64,000 nt of DNA, taken from contig CAXXSL010000008.1 of NCBI GenBank assembly GCA_963675525.2, positions 160,001 to 224,000 on the forward strand, given 5' to 3'. The notes beneath the pieces are model-generated. The model did not search any database and was not told where the DNA came from. It saw only the letters and a list, made by a program, of their open reading frames with translations. Shown in pieces: positions 51,123 to 60,782 of the stretch. Within the stretch, counting starts at the first letter, position 1. Each line of letters opens with the position of its first letter. The stretch comes from Anaerohalosphaeraceae bacterium (GTDB taxonomy: Bacteria > Planctomycetota > Phycisphaerae > Sedimentisphaerales > Anaerohalosphaeraceae). The translations under genes and the position numbers were made by a program.

Positions 51123-51725
51123 TCAAAATCCAGTGCGATTCAGGATCGCATCGGTCAGAATCGAACCCGTTGAAAATTCGATGCTGGAACCGGCCGGAAG
51201 ACCGCGGGCCAGTCGTGTCACTTTGATATTGAACGGCTGCAGCAATGAATGGATGTAAAGCGATGTTCCATCGCCTTCGAGGTTGGGGTTGGTTGCCATA
51301 ACAACTTCATTGACGGAACCTTCGCGAATACGCTTGATCAGTGCATCAATGGTCAAATCATCCGGTTCGATCCCTTCCAACGGAGCAATGTGCCCATTAA
51401 GTACGTGATAGGTCCACTTGCAAAGCCCTGTTTTCTCGAGGCTGATAACATCCTTGGGTTGTTCAACCACACAAATTACGGTGTGATCGCGCCGGGAATC
51501 GGAACAAATAGAACATATCTTCGACTCGGCCAGATTAAAACAAACCTGACATTGATGAATATTCTGTTTGACGCTGGAAATGGCATTTGCCAGTGCCATC
51601 GCATCCGGGACATCGGATTTTAAGATATAAAATGCCAGGCGTTCGGCCGTTTTGGGGCCAATGCCGGGAAGTTTTCCGAATTGCTCAACAAGCTCATTTA
51701 AACTCTTTGTATAAGCCGGATTCAT
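51123..51725 (-). CDS. recR: Recombination mediator RecR
   Basis: LPGIGPKTAERLA, C4 zinc finger, ATNPNLEGD, TRLARGLP. Confidence 0.97.
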   Translation of the reverse strand: MNPAYTKSLNELVEQFGKLPGIGPKTAERLAFYILKSDVPDAMALANAISSVKQNIHQCQVCFNLAESKICSICSDSRRDHTVICVVEQPKDVISLEKTGLCKWTYHVLNGHIAPLEGIEPDDLTIDALIKRIREGSVNEVVMATNPNLEGDGTSLYIHSLLQPFNIKVTRLARGLPAGSSIEFSTGSILTDAILNRTGF

Positions 51726-53425
51726 GCTTCGTCCACCATTTGCTCTTCAACCTCTAGCGGTTCTTCGACTCGAATCTTCTGGATATCAACCGGAGTTGCA
51801 TCGAGGGCCTTGAGTATTATTTGCACCGCCGGATCATTCAGCACTTCATTGCGCTGAGCACGATTGGCCTGTGGCGGAACCACTTCTTTTTTTGAACTCG
51901 ATTCAACCGCATGGCCTTCTGAAAAACGAACCGTCACGGTTTTTGAAAGCATCTGCGAAAAAACCACCTCCAGGATGCCCGCTTTTCGTTCACACATACT
52001 TTTGGCCAGTTGACCCTGGCCGGTCTTGCCGAATTGTATCTCAAGAACATCATTTTGATAACTGACCGGCCGTCCCTGCTGGAGAAACATCGCCAGTGAG
52101 GCGTCCTTCTCTGAAAAAGCTTCGGCTATCGCCGGCCATGATGACCGAATGGATCCAATGGTTGCTTCTACCGAAACGCCTGTCGGCACCTTTTGCGAGA
52201 CGGCATGGCCACTGGAAACGACCGAGGCTGATGATGGTCCACTGTCAGCGGCTATCAACTTTTTTTTTACGTCTGTCGGGGCTCGATGCAAACCAACGGC
52301 CGACGCATTCAGTTGAGCCAGGCCGATAAAATGTTCGCTCAACGCCAGACGCAACAGCAGCGCCTCAAGCAGTGCCCGATTGGTATCGCTGCTGCGAAGT
52401 GTCCAGCGAAGTTTTTCCATGGCTGTGATATTGTATATTAACGCCGGTACATCAAAACCCTCTGCGATCCCTGCGATCTGCTTTTTTTCTTCGGTGGTCA
52501 GTACCAGCACCTTTGAGTCGGCCCCGGCACACAAAAACACCATCAAATCCCGCATATTATCGATCAGTAAATCACAAATCTGGCCGGCACTTTGACCACT
52601 GTCGATCAACTGATCGATCGCATCCAATACGTCTGCGGCGTTACCGGCGGCGATGCCGGACAGTAAATTCATAACCTTCTGCCTGTCCGGAATTCCCACC
52701 AGTTCATTCAACTGACCGGCCGTCAGGGGTTGTTGACCGGCACTGATGAGTTGATCCAGCAGACTCAGGGCATCCCGCATAGAACCGCTGGCCAGACGGG
52801 ACAAATAAACGATCAAATCGTCTTCGTATGTGATCTTTTCGTCTTTGAGGATTTTTTTGAGCTGCTGGCCGATCACCTCAGCACTGATGTTCTGGAAATC
52901 AAATCGCTGACAACGGGATTGGATCGTCGCAAGCACTTTGTTGGGTTCGGTCGTGGCAAAGATAAACTTGACGTGCTCGGGCGGTTCTTCGAGAATTTTC
53001 AGCAGTGCGTTAAACGCCCCGGTGCTGAGCATGTGGACTTCATCGATGATATAAATTTTATATCGTGCCCTTGCAGGCCGATAAATGGCGTTTTCGCGAA
53101 GCTGACGAATGTTATCCACACCCGTATTGCTGGCACCATCGATCTCAATAACGTCGATATCTTCGCCCTGGTTGACGGACACACAACTGTCGCATTTCAA
53201 ACACGGGGTTACCGTCGGGCCGTCGGCTTGAAGACAATTCAGCGACTTGGCGAGAATACGTGCCATGGTGGTTTTGCCCACACCGCGCGTACCGCAAAAC
53301 AGGTAGGCATGTGCCACGCGTCCCATCCCGATGGCGTTTTTCAATGTTTTTGCAACGGTATCCTGTCCGACCACGTCGTCAAATGTCTGTGAGCGGTATC
53401 TCCGAGCTATAACAGTATAGGCCAT
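51722..53425 (-). CDS. dnaX: DNA polymerase III tau/gamma
   Basis: ARRYR..TF..VVGQ, GTRGVGKTT, EIDGAS, IDEVHMLS, SRCQ, GSMRDA. Confidence 0.97.
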   Translation of the reverse strand: MAYTVIARRYRSQTFDDVVGQDTVAKTLKNAIGMGRVAHAYLFCGTRGVGKTTMARILAKSLNCLQADGPTVTPCLKCDSCVSVNQGEDIDVIEIDGASNTGVDNIRQLRENAIYRPARARYKIYIIDEVHMLSTGAFNALLKILEEPPEHVKFIFATTEPNKVLATIQSRCQRFDFQNISAEVIGQQLKKILKDEKITYEDDLIVYLSRLASGSMRDALSLLDQLISAGQQPLTAGQLNELVGIPDRQKVMNLLSGIAAGNAADVLDAIDQLIDSGQSAGQICDLLIDNMRDLMVFLCAGADSKVLVLTTEEKKQIAGIAEGFDVPALIYNITAMEKLRWTLRSSDTNRALLEALLLRLALSEHFIGLAQLNASAVGLHRAPTDVKKKLIAADSGPSSASVVSSGHAVSQKVPTGVSVEATIGSIRSSWPAIAEAFSEKDASLAMFLQQGRPVSYQNDVLEIQFGKTGQGQLAKSMCERKAGILEVVFSQMLSKTVTVRFSEGHAVESSSKKEVVPPQANRAQRNEVLNDPAVQIILKALDATPVDIQKIRVEEPLEVEEQMVDEA

Positions 53426-53541
53426 CAACTATTCCCAATTTCAATTTACAATTTTCCAATTGAAAGTACAGTAAATACCTTATACCAGAACCACATGAAA
53501 ATCAATTGAAAATAGAAAATAGGAATTTGAAAATAAAAAAA

Positions 53542-53641
53542 GGTGGTCGGGTTGGCCACGCACAACAAAGGGTACGCTTATGGCTGCTCGGTTCCCCGCC
53601 TGACCAGGTTCGCGTCCAATGCTTGCATGGGACCCGACCGC
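53542..53641 (-). ncRNA. ffs: Signal recognition particle RNA (small type)
   Basis: TCAGG-CGG-GGAA-CCG-AGCAGC domain IV; GGTCGGG/CCCGACC closing stem; upstream of dnaX. Confidence 0.92.
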
Positions 53642-53793
53642 GAATAAATGCGACAATCCCATCTGAAAGTAAGGTTTCACAGTGTATCGTGTCCATTTTA
53701 CATTTCCAGCAAAAAATCTACAAAAATCATTTATTCGCCCTTTCATTCGGGTATAATTGCAGAAAACAGCGGTTATTATCAGGAGAGCCGATT

Positions 53794-53976
53794 ATGAATG
53801 TCCGGATAGAAGAAAATTGTACTGCTTGCGGGTTGTGCGTTGACACATGCCCGGATGTGTTCGAAATGGGTGATGAGGTCGCTCTGGTCATCGTCGATGA
53901 AGTTCCTGCTGAGATGGAAGATGCGGTCCAGCAGGCCGCCGACGAGTGCCCTGTCGAAGCTATCGTGGTGGAATGA
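53794..53976 (+). CDS. Single-cluster ferredoxin
   Basis: CTACGLC...CP...CPVEAI; AGGAG RBS; start moved to ATG 53794. Confidence 0.93.
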   Translation: MNVRIEENCTACGLCVDTCPDVFEMGDEVALVIVDEVPAEMEDAVQQAADECPVEAIVVE

Positions 53977-54077
53977 CTGATTTAAACACCCTCCCAGATC
54001 AAAATTCAGAAGCAACAATAAACTGTTGAACACCGGGATTCAACAGCACGATTATTCTATAGTGTAGGAGGCTTTTT

Positions 54078-54995
54078 ATGGAACGACGTCGTTTTCTCGC
54101 AACCAGTCTCATATCGGCCGCAGGAATTCATTTTGCCGCTCAATCACTTTCAGCACAAGAAACGACTCAAGTTCCCCCTGTCAAACCACTGCAGCTTAAG
54201 TATGCGCCCGGCCCGGGGATGTTTAAAAATCTGGCAGGCAACGATTATTTTGACCAGATCAAATTTATCCACGATCAGGGTTTTGGGGGGTTCTTTGATA
54301 ACGGTCTGATGGGTAAGCCGGCAAATATGCAGGAAAAAATCGCCAATACCCTTCGTGACTATAACATGGAACTGGGACCTTTTGTTTTGTACGCGGATTT
54401 TGGAGTGAAAAGTTTCGTAACCCGTAATTCCGACATTCGCACCATGCTGGCCGATAAGATGAAACAAGGCGTCATGACGGCTAAACGGGCCGGGGCTAAG
54501 TGGGCGCTTGTTGTACCGGGACGCTATGACGAGAGCCTTGAATGGGATTACCAGACGGCCAATGTCGTAGATAACTTGAAATACTGTGCCGAGATTTGCC
54601 AGGAAGCCGGATTGACGATTGTTATCGAACCCCTGAATCCGCACGACCACCCGGGACTGTTTTTAACCAAAATTCCTCAAGCCTACCAAATCTGTAAAGC
54701 CGTTAACAACCCATCCTGTAAAATTATCAACGATCTGTATCACCAGCAAATCACCGAAGGCAATCTGATCAACAACATTGACCGGGCTTGGGACCAAATT
54801 GGCGCGTTTCATCTCGGTGATAATCCGGGACGCAAAGAGCCCGGAACCGGTGAGATCAATTACAAAACCATTTTTAAACATCTCCATCAAAAAGGATACA
54901 ATGGTATCTTGTGCATGGAGCATGGTATCAGCGGCAACGGTCGTGAGGGAGAGATCGCGCTGATCGAAGCGTATCGTGCATGTGACAGTTTCTAA
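54078..54995 (+). CDS. Tat-exported hydroxypyruvate-isomerase-like TIM barrel protein
   Basis: RRRFL signal; IEPLN..DHPG, DLYHQQITEG, DNPGRKEPGTGEIN. Confidence 0.88.
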   Translation: MERRRFLATSLISAAGIHFAAQSLSAQETTQVPPVKPLQLKYAPGPGMFKNLAGNDYFDQIKFIHDQGFGGFFDNGLMGKPANMQEKIANTLRDYNMELGPFVLYADFGVKSFVTRNSDIRTMLADKMKQGVMTAKRAGAKWALVVPGRYDESLEWDYQTANVVDNLKYCAEICQEAGLTIVIEPLNPHDHPGLFLTKIPQAYQICKAVNNPSCKIINDLYHQQITEGNLINNIDRAWDQIGAFHLGDNPGRKEPGTGEINYKTIFKHLHQKGYNGILCMEHGISGNGREGEIALIEAYRACDSF

Positions 54996-55020
54996 AATCA
55001 AACTAAAAAAGGGAGTCGAA

Positions 55021-55653
55021 ATGCGATCAAAAACCAAATGTCTCACATTATTTTGCAGTTTCTTTGTCATGCTGTTTGTACTGAGCGGTTGCTCGCAAAA
55101 CATCGCCTTATTGAACGGGAAAAATCTGGACGGTTGGAAGCCGGTGCTGTCGAATAGCGATGCCGACCCGGCGGATGTCTGGTCGGTAAAGGATGGTGTA
55201 CTGCGATGTGAAGGAACCCCTAACGGTTACATCCGTACGGCAAGTCACTATTCGAATTATAAACTGCATCTGGAATGGCGATGGACCGACAAACCGACGA
55301 ACAGCGGGATTCTGCTGCATATCACGGGAGAAGATAAGATCTGGCCCAACTGCATCGAAGCTCAGTTAATGTATCAAAATGCCGGCGATTTCTACGCCAT
55401 CGGAGGAACCGGCTTTAACGAGCTTAAAGAAGGTAATCGGCTTGAGAAAAAGTACGCCACTAACGAAACGGAGCCGGGCCAATGGAATACGTATGATATT
55501 GTCTGCATAGACCATACCATTACATTGCATGTCAATGGACTTCTGCAGAATCAGGCATCCGGAACCAGTATCAACTCCGGAATGATCGGATTGCAATCAG
55601 AAGGCTCCCCCATCGAATTCAGAAATATAATACTTACACCGATTAAAAAGTAA
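55021..55653 (+). CDS. DUF1080 (3-keto-disaccharide hydrolase-like) lipoprotein
   Basis: LSGC lipobox; NGKNLDGW, NSGI, GQWN, IGLQSEG..IEFRNI. Confidence 0.88.
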   Translation: MRSKTKCLTLFCSFFVMLFVLSGCSQNIALLNGKNLDGWKPVLSNSDADPADVWSVKDGVLRCEGTPNGYIRTASHYSNYKLHLEWRWTDKPTNSGILLHITGEDKIWPNCIEAQLMYQNAGDFYAIGGTGFNELKEGNRLEKKYATNETEPGQWNTYDIVCIDHTITLHVNGLLQNQASGTSINSGMIGLQSEGSPIEFRNIILTPIKK

Positions 55654-55656
55654 GGA

Positions 55657-56940
55657 ATGATCATGGACCGAAGAGAATTTGTAAAGAATGCTGCTGTTAT
55701 CTCCGCGGGCGCAATGGCATTATCCAACAGTGCATTGTTTGCTGCGGGCTCGGAATTAATGAAAGTGGCCCTGGTCGGCTGCGGCGGACGCGGTCAAGAT
55801 GCTCTGGACAACTTTCAGGAAGCGGCCGGACATGTGGGAATTGCAATTGAGATTGTCGGATTGGCGGATTTTTTCAAGGATCAGGCTCTTGCGGCAGCTA
55901 AGAAATTCGGTGTTTCGGAGGACCTTGTTTTTAAAGGCGCCACCGGCTATAAGGATATTATGAAAACCGACGCCGACGTGGTGCTGCTGGTGACGCCCCC
56001 GAATTTCAGACCGATTCACCTGGAAGCGGCGATTGCGGCGGGCAAACATGTCTTCATGGAAAAGCCGGTTGCTGTCGATCCACCCGGGGCACGCAAAATC
56101 ATGGCGGTCGGAGAACTGGCCAAACAAAAAGGTCTTGCAATCGTTGCTGGAACCCAGCGCCGACACGAGCTCGAATATCTCAAAACCCAATATGCCATCG
56201 AAAAAGGAGCCATCGGCGCGATTCGCGGCGGCTCAGTTTACTGGTGCGGCGGCGCCCTATGGTATAAAGATCGCAATCCCGGCGAAGATGACGCGTCCTA
56301 CATGGTTCGCAACTGGGTGAGCTTTACCGAAATGTCCGGAGACCATATCGTTGAGCAACACGTCCATAATCTTGATGTGGCCAACTGGTTTATCGGCAGA
56401 AATCCGGTTTCAGCGATTGGATTTGGCGGACGAGCCCGTCGGAAAACCGGCAATCAATTTGACTTCTTCAGCATCGACCTCGATTACGGAGACGATGTGA
56501 GATTACACAGCATGTGCCGTCAGATCAACGGAACTTATACACGGGTATCGGAAATGTTTACGGGAACACTGGGAGGAACCTGGGGAACCGGCCCCGCTAA
56601 GGACGGGTTCGCAAAAGAAGTTGAAATCCCCGATATGCCTTATGTCGGAAATCCCTATGTGCAGGAGCATGTCGATCTGATCAACAGCATTCGCGAGGGG
56701 AAACCGCTGAACGAAGCAACGAATGTCGGGAGTTCTACGCTGACCGGCATCATGGGACGCATCAGCGCTTATACCGGGAAACTGGTCCGCTGGAAAGACC
56801 TTGTTGACGCAAACAGCGGATCGCCCTGGTATAATCTTGCAATGAGTCCCACGCCGGAGGACTTTGAAAACGGAACCGTTAAGGCTCCTGCAGATGACAT
56901 TGTACCTATTCCGGGCAGCAGCAAAAGGCCAGAGGCTTGA
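55657..56940 (+). CDS. Tat-exported Gfo/Idh/MocA oxidoreductase
   Basis: DRREFVK; VGCGGRG, HVFMEKP, GTQRRH, EQHVHNLD. Confidence 0.92.
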   Translation: MIMDRREFVKNAAVISAGAMALSNSALFAAGSELMKVALVGCGGRGQDALDNFQEAAGHVGIAIEIVGLADFFKDQALAAAKKFGVSEDLVFKGATGYKDIMKTDADVVLLVTPPNFRPIHLEAAIAAGKHVFMEKPVAVDPPGARKIMAVGELAKQKGLAIVAGTQRRHELEYLKTQYAIEKGAIGAIRGGSVYWCGGALWYKDRNPGEDDASYMVRNWVSFTEMSGDHIVEQHVHNLDVANWFIGRNPVSAIGFGGRARRKTGNQFDFFSIDLDYGDDVRLHSMCRQINGTYTRVSEMFTGTLGGTWGTGPAKDGFAKEVEIPDMPYVGNPYVQEHVDLINSIREGKPLNEATNVGSSTLTGIMGRISAYTGKLVRWKDLVDANSGSPWYNLAMSPTPEDFENGTVKAPADDIVPIPGSSKRPEA

Positions 56941-56969
56941 TTCTGTATAAAACAGGGATGATTATTTTT

Positions 56970-57782
56970 TTAGGTAGCGGACAATTCTTTGCCGCGATTG
57001 CGTGCCGCCGCCAAGGCCCGCAGTACCGTTTCGGAAATTCCCTTTTCGGCAAAGACTTTCAAGGCAGCTTCGGTTGTACCGCCGGGGCTGGTTACTTTTT
57101 GGCGTAAAATGGCGGGATCTTCACCGTTTTCCTGTGCCGCTTCGGCCAGTAAGGCAGCGCCTTTGGCGGTTTGCAGTACGAGTTTTTTGGCGTCGACTTC
57201 GGTCAGACCCAGCGATACACCCGCCTTGATCATCTCTTCCATGAGCAGGAAGAAATAGGCCGGGCCGGAACCACTGACGGCAGTCACGGCATCGATGAGC
57301 TCTTCGTTGTCCACTACGACGGCTTTGCCTACCGAGGTACAAATATCGAGTGCGGCTTTGAGATTTTCCTCTGTAGCCGCGGCATTATACAAACCACTTG
57401 CACCGGCTGAAACCAATGCAGGCGTATTGGGCATGACACGAACAATCTGCACATCGCCCAGATTGGCGCGAATGGATGCGGTCCTGATACCGGCCGCAAT
57501 TGAAATGACCAGCGCATCGGGCTTCAATGTGCCGGCGATGGCCTTCAGTATATCGGGCATGACCTGCGGCTTGACACTTAGAACAACTATATCGGCCTGT
57601 CGGGTCAGTTCGGTATTATCCTTCGTTGTCCGGATATTATATTGGGTCTTCAACTCGTCCAGCCGTTCGGGACGCACATCCGAAACCCAAATGCTGTCCG
57701 CTTTAAACAGACCGGCTTTCAGCACACCCTCCAGAAGGGCCTGGGCCATATTCCCGCCGCCGATAAATCCGATTGTTTTCAT
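56970..57782 (-). CDS. proC: Pyrroline-5-carboxylate reductase
   Basis: IGFIGGGNMA, VKPQ, RVMPNTP, SGSGPAY, VTSPGGTT. Confidence 0.97.
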   Translation of the reverse strand: MKTIGFIGGGNMAQALLEGVLKAGLFKADSIWVSDVRPERLDELKTQYNIRTTKDNTELTRQADIVVLSVKPQVMPDILKAIAGTLKPDALVISIAAGIRTASIRANLGDVQIVRVMPNTPALVSAGASGLYNAAATEENLKAALDICTSVGKAVVVDNEELIDAVTAVSGSGPAYFFLLMEEMIKAGVSLGLTEVDAKKLVLQTAKGAALLAEAAQENGEDPAILRQKVTSPGGTTEAALKVFAEKGISETVLRALAAARNRGKELSAT

Positions 57783-57885
57783 AGTCCATTCCTTATTTAC
57801 TTTAAGACACATTCCGATATGATATTATCCAAAATGACTCGTCAGGTAAACTGTTTTTCTGTTTTTACTTTTTTTTCATTTTTCC

Positions 57886-57911
57886 GGAACGTTTAACGCT
57901 TCCGGGACGAC
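57886..57911 (+). promoter_or_regulatory. Putative ECF autoregulatory promoter
   Basis: GGAAC-N17-CGAC, 12 nt before the ECF sigma ATG. Confidence 0.45.
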
Positions 57912-57923
57912 TTAGATTGTGAA

Positions 57924-58466
57924 ATGGTACAGGAAAAGGCGAAAATTTATCACGAATTACTGGTTTTGCAGGCTCAGGCCGGAAATCGGGATTCGTTTGA
58001 GATGCTTGTGAAGCTTTGGGAAAAGCCGTTTTTTTCGTATGCCCGGGCCTACCTTGGCTCTGAAACGGCGGCCTGGGACAGCGTGCAGGAGACGTGGTTG
58101 GTTATCATCCGAAAGCTGAATTCACTGAGCCATCCGGCCAAGTTTAAAAGCTGGGCTTTTCGGATTCTCACCAATAAATGTGCCGACCATTTTCGGAAAA
58201 TCTCGAAAGAGAGAAAAATCGAACAAGCCTTTGTAAAAGAGATGAATCATGAGGATGCCGGAAACCTTAAAAATGAAGCGCTTCAAAAAGCGATGCGGCA
58301 ACTAACTTCCGAACAGAAAACACTGGTGCTGCTGCGATTTAATCAGAACATGAGTATTTTTGAAATTTCAAAAACATTAGATATCCCGGAAGGCACGGTC
58401 AAATCCCGGCTTCACCGGACACTGAACGAACTGAAACTGTCCATTCAAGGAGACGAACATGAATAA
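57924..58466 (+). CDS. ECF RNA polymerase sigma factor
   Basis: DSVQETW, FKSWAFRI..NKC.D, IPEGTVKSRLHR. Confidence 0.93.
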   Translation: MVQEKAKIYHELLVLQAQAGNRDSFEMLVKLWEKPFFSYARAYLGSETAAWDSVQETWLVIIRKLNSLSHPAKFKSWAFRILTNKCADHFRKISKERKIEQAFVKEMNHEDAGNLKNEALQKAMRQLTSEQKTLVLLRFNQNMSIFEISKTLDIPEGTVKSRLHRTLNELKLSIQGDEHE

Positions 58467-58833
58467 CGATATTGAAAGTAAACTGAACGAATTGTTAAAA
58501 ATGAAAGATGATTTGGACGAACTTAAGTCCGAACGCAAACAGCAGGAGACCGTCGATGATTTTGAGAAAAAGCAGAAAACCTTAAAAATCTGGTACTATG
58601 TCTGGCTGGTGGTTTGTGTTATCATCTGTTGTGCAGGTCTGGCGGGAATGGAGCATAACAGCGATCCCTATAAATGGAACGGTTTGTTTATGGCATTGGT
58701 CGGATTCAATTCGACGATTATGATCAAAATTTGGTATTTCATCAAAGAAACCAAACTCAGTATTCTGCAGGAAATGAAACAGTTGCAAATACAGGTTGCC
58801 AAACTGCGACTTAAAAATGGAAGCCATGATTAA
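58459..58833 (+). CDS. Two-TM membrane protein, putative anti-sigma factor
   Basis: Overlaps the ECF stop codon; two hydrophobic helices. Confidence 0.65.
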   Translation: MNNDIESKLNELLKMKDDLDELKSERKQQETVDDFEKKQKTLKIWYYVWLVVCVIICCAGLAGMEHNSDPYKWNGLFMALVGFNSTIMIKIWYFIKETKLSILQEMKQLQIQVAKLRLKNGSHD

Positions 58834-60467
58834 CCCGTTAGCAGGTCGAATTGTTCGGGGCTGAGGCTTTGGCGGAGTTTCTGGAGTGCCTGCAGTTCGA
58901 TCTGGCGGATGCGTTCCTTGCTTAAATCTAATTCGTCGCCGATCTGTTTAAGTGTCATAGGCTTTTTCTTGATCACACCGGGGTCGATCGCATAATGGTT
59001 CAAAATAATATACTGCTCCCGCTGGTCCAGATTATTTTCGATAATTTTCCGTAGATCCCCCTGTGCCTTTTCGACGGCGTAAACATCCGGCAACTGATCC
59101 AACCGCAGGTTGACCGGCAGATTCGCAAAATCGGTGCCGCCGGCCCGGTCGCGGCGCTTGGCTTCGGCGGGGATCATGCGGGCAAAGTCTTTGACGATGG
59201 CCCAACTGGCATAGGTGCTGAAGCGATAGCCCCGCATGTAATCAAACTTTTCCACCGCCGCCATCAATGCAACGCTCCCTTCGCTGACCAGTTCGCTCAT
59301 GGTAAGCGCTGGTGTCAGGTGCTTGCCCGCGATGCTGATGACCAGAGGCATGTTAGCTTCGATAATAATTTTCTTAACTTGATCGGCCTGCTCAAGCAGC
59401 TTCTGAATACGGTTCAACCGGGCTGTTTTGGGACGGCCACGCTGAATTTGCTGACGCTGAGCGGCAGCCAGAAACTTGAGGTAATTATACCGCTGAAACA
59501 GTGATGCTTCCTGCTGGCGGTTCAGAAGAGCATTACCCCCTTTCGGATCAGGAATGAGCTGTGAGAGCGAAACCGAAAGTATTTTTTCTTCGGCATCCGG
59601 AGCCACAAAATCCTCGCTATCGATATATTCGATCTTGCGGCCGAATAGTTCCCGCGCACGCTGCTGGTTGATGATGCGGTAAATCGAACTGCGGCTGCGG
59701 CCGAATCGTTCCATCAGATCCTTGACCGTAAATCCCTGTCGGCTCAGTTTATATAATTGGATGGCGCCCTTGGCCGAGATCTTTCCACGTGAAACAGGAA
59801 GTTTTTCTTTTCGGCCGTGGATGTCAAACTTCGCCAGTACACAGCGAACCGTCTCGCGGGAACGGCCGACCTGCCTGGCTACATCAAGTATCAGTTGATT
59901 CAGAGTGCGATACTGTTTTTCTAAAATCTGCCGTTCAGCTAACTCAAATATCCGCTGCTTACCGGAGGCATTCAGCAATGAAAATCGAGCCGCTTTGCCG
60001 ATCAACCGGGGGTGGTCGACCGAAAATTGTTCAACTATCGATTCGGCAAAACCTTTACGCTTTTTGCCGTCTTCAAACACATAGGTCTTGGCGGTAAGCC
60101 CCCTGTTCTGCCAGCGGCGAATGGTTTTAGCGGAAACCGAAAACCGTTCAGCAAGCTGATCGACAGTGTAAACAATTTCCTTTTGATCGGCCACATTCAG
60201 TTCTAATTCACCGCTGAGCCGTGATATCCATACACGCAAATCGGCCAACAAAGCTTTCCCGGGAATCAGTTTCTGATCCGTTGAAACAGGCGGACGATAC
60301 CCAGTAATCCGAAAAACAACAAAGTCAAACGGATACTCCATTTCCGTATCGATCATCATCATCAACTGTTCAGCGGCTGCAAGCTGTTTTTTCTTCTGGG
60401 CTATCGGTGCAAACCGCAATTGTTCCAAAAAATCACGCAAAACAGGATGAATAACTTGAATCCGCAT
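58830..60467 (-). CDS. Sigma-70-family factor with multiple N-terminal HTH domains
   Basis: EANMPLVISIA, AVEKFDY.RGYRFSTYASWAI, TLKQIG.EL.LSKERIRQI; extra HTH motifs upstream. Confidence 0.88.
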   Translation of the reverse strand: MRIQVIHPVLRDFLEQLRFAPIAQKKKQLAAAEQLMMMIDTEMEYPFDFVVFRITGYRPPVSTDQKLIPGKALLADLRVWISRLSGELELNVADQKEIVYTVDQLAERFSVSAKTIRRWQNRGLTAKTYVFEDGKKRKGFAESIVEQFSVDHPRLIGKAARFSLLNASGKQRIFELAERQILEKQYRTLNQLILDVARQVGRSRETVRCVLAKFDIHGRKEKLPVSRGKISAKGAIQLYKLSRQGFTVKDLMERFGRSRSSIYRIINQQRARELFGRKIEYIDSEDFVAPDAEEKILSVSLSQLIPDPKGGNALLNRQQEASLFQRYNYLKFLAAAQRQQIQRGRPKTARLNRIQKLLEQADQVKKIIIEANMPLVISIAGKHLTPALTMSELVSEGSVALMAAVEKFDYMRGYRFSTYASWAIVKDFARMIPAEAKRRDRAGGTDFANLPVNLRLDQLPDVYAVEKAQGDLRKIIENNLDQREQYIILNHYAIDPGVIKKKPMTLKQIGDELDLSKERIRQIELQALQKLRQSLSPEQFDLLTG

Positions 60468-60600
60468 ATCTTTAATTATCATTAAAAAAGGGGGCAATTC
60501 AAGACTTTTCGACCCTATATTTTCAAATAAAGAGAATAATATCCATCCGCTTTCTTCTCGTTAACACTCTGTTTTTTTATAAAACTCTGAAATAAATCCT

Positions 60601-60718
60601 TTGACACATATGATGATTTTTTGGTATAAAAAGAGTGCTCCTTCTGCCGCCTGTGGTCAGTAGCCCTGGGAAGTTCACAAACTTCCATTCCTCCTTCAGC
60701 CACAGGCGGATTTTTTTT
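60601..60718 (+). ncRNA. Candidate sRNA of about 80 nt with its promoter
   Basis: TTGACA-N18-TATAAA with TGn; 10-bp stem CCGCCTGTGG/CCACAGGCGG; inner GGAAGT/ACTTCC; T8 end. Confidence 0.55.
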
Positions 60719-60725
60719 GCGCATT

Positions 60726-60760
60726 AAAAAGCGGCGTGTGGTTTCAACACACGCCGCTTT
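60726..60760 (-). terminator. Intrinsic terminator of the corrinoid protein gene
   Basis: AAAGCGGCGTGTG/CACACGCCGCTTT stem with a T-run. Confidence 0.85.
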
Positions 60761-60782
60761 AAATTTTTCAATTCCTGCGTTT

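Noticed and set aside
51722..51725. No ybaB between dnaX and recR
   Set aside because: The genes overlap cleanly and loss or relocation of ybaB is common.
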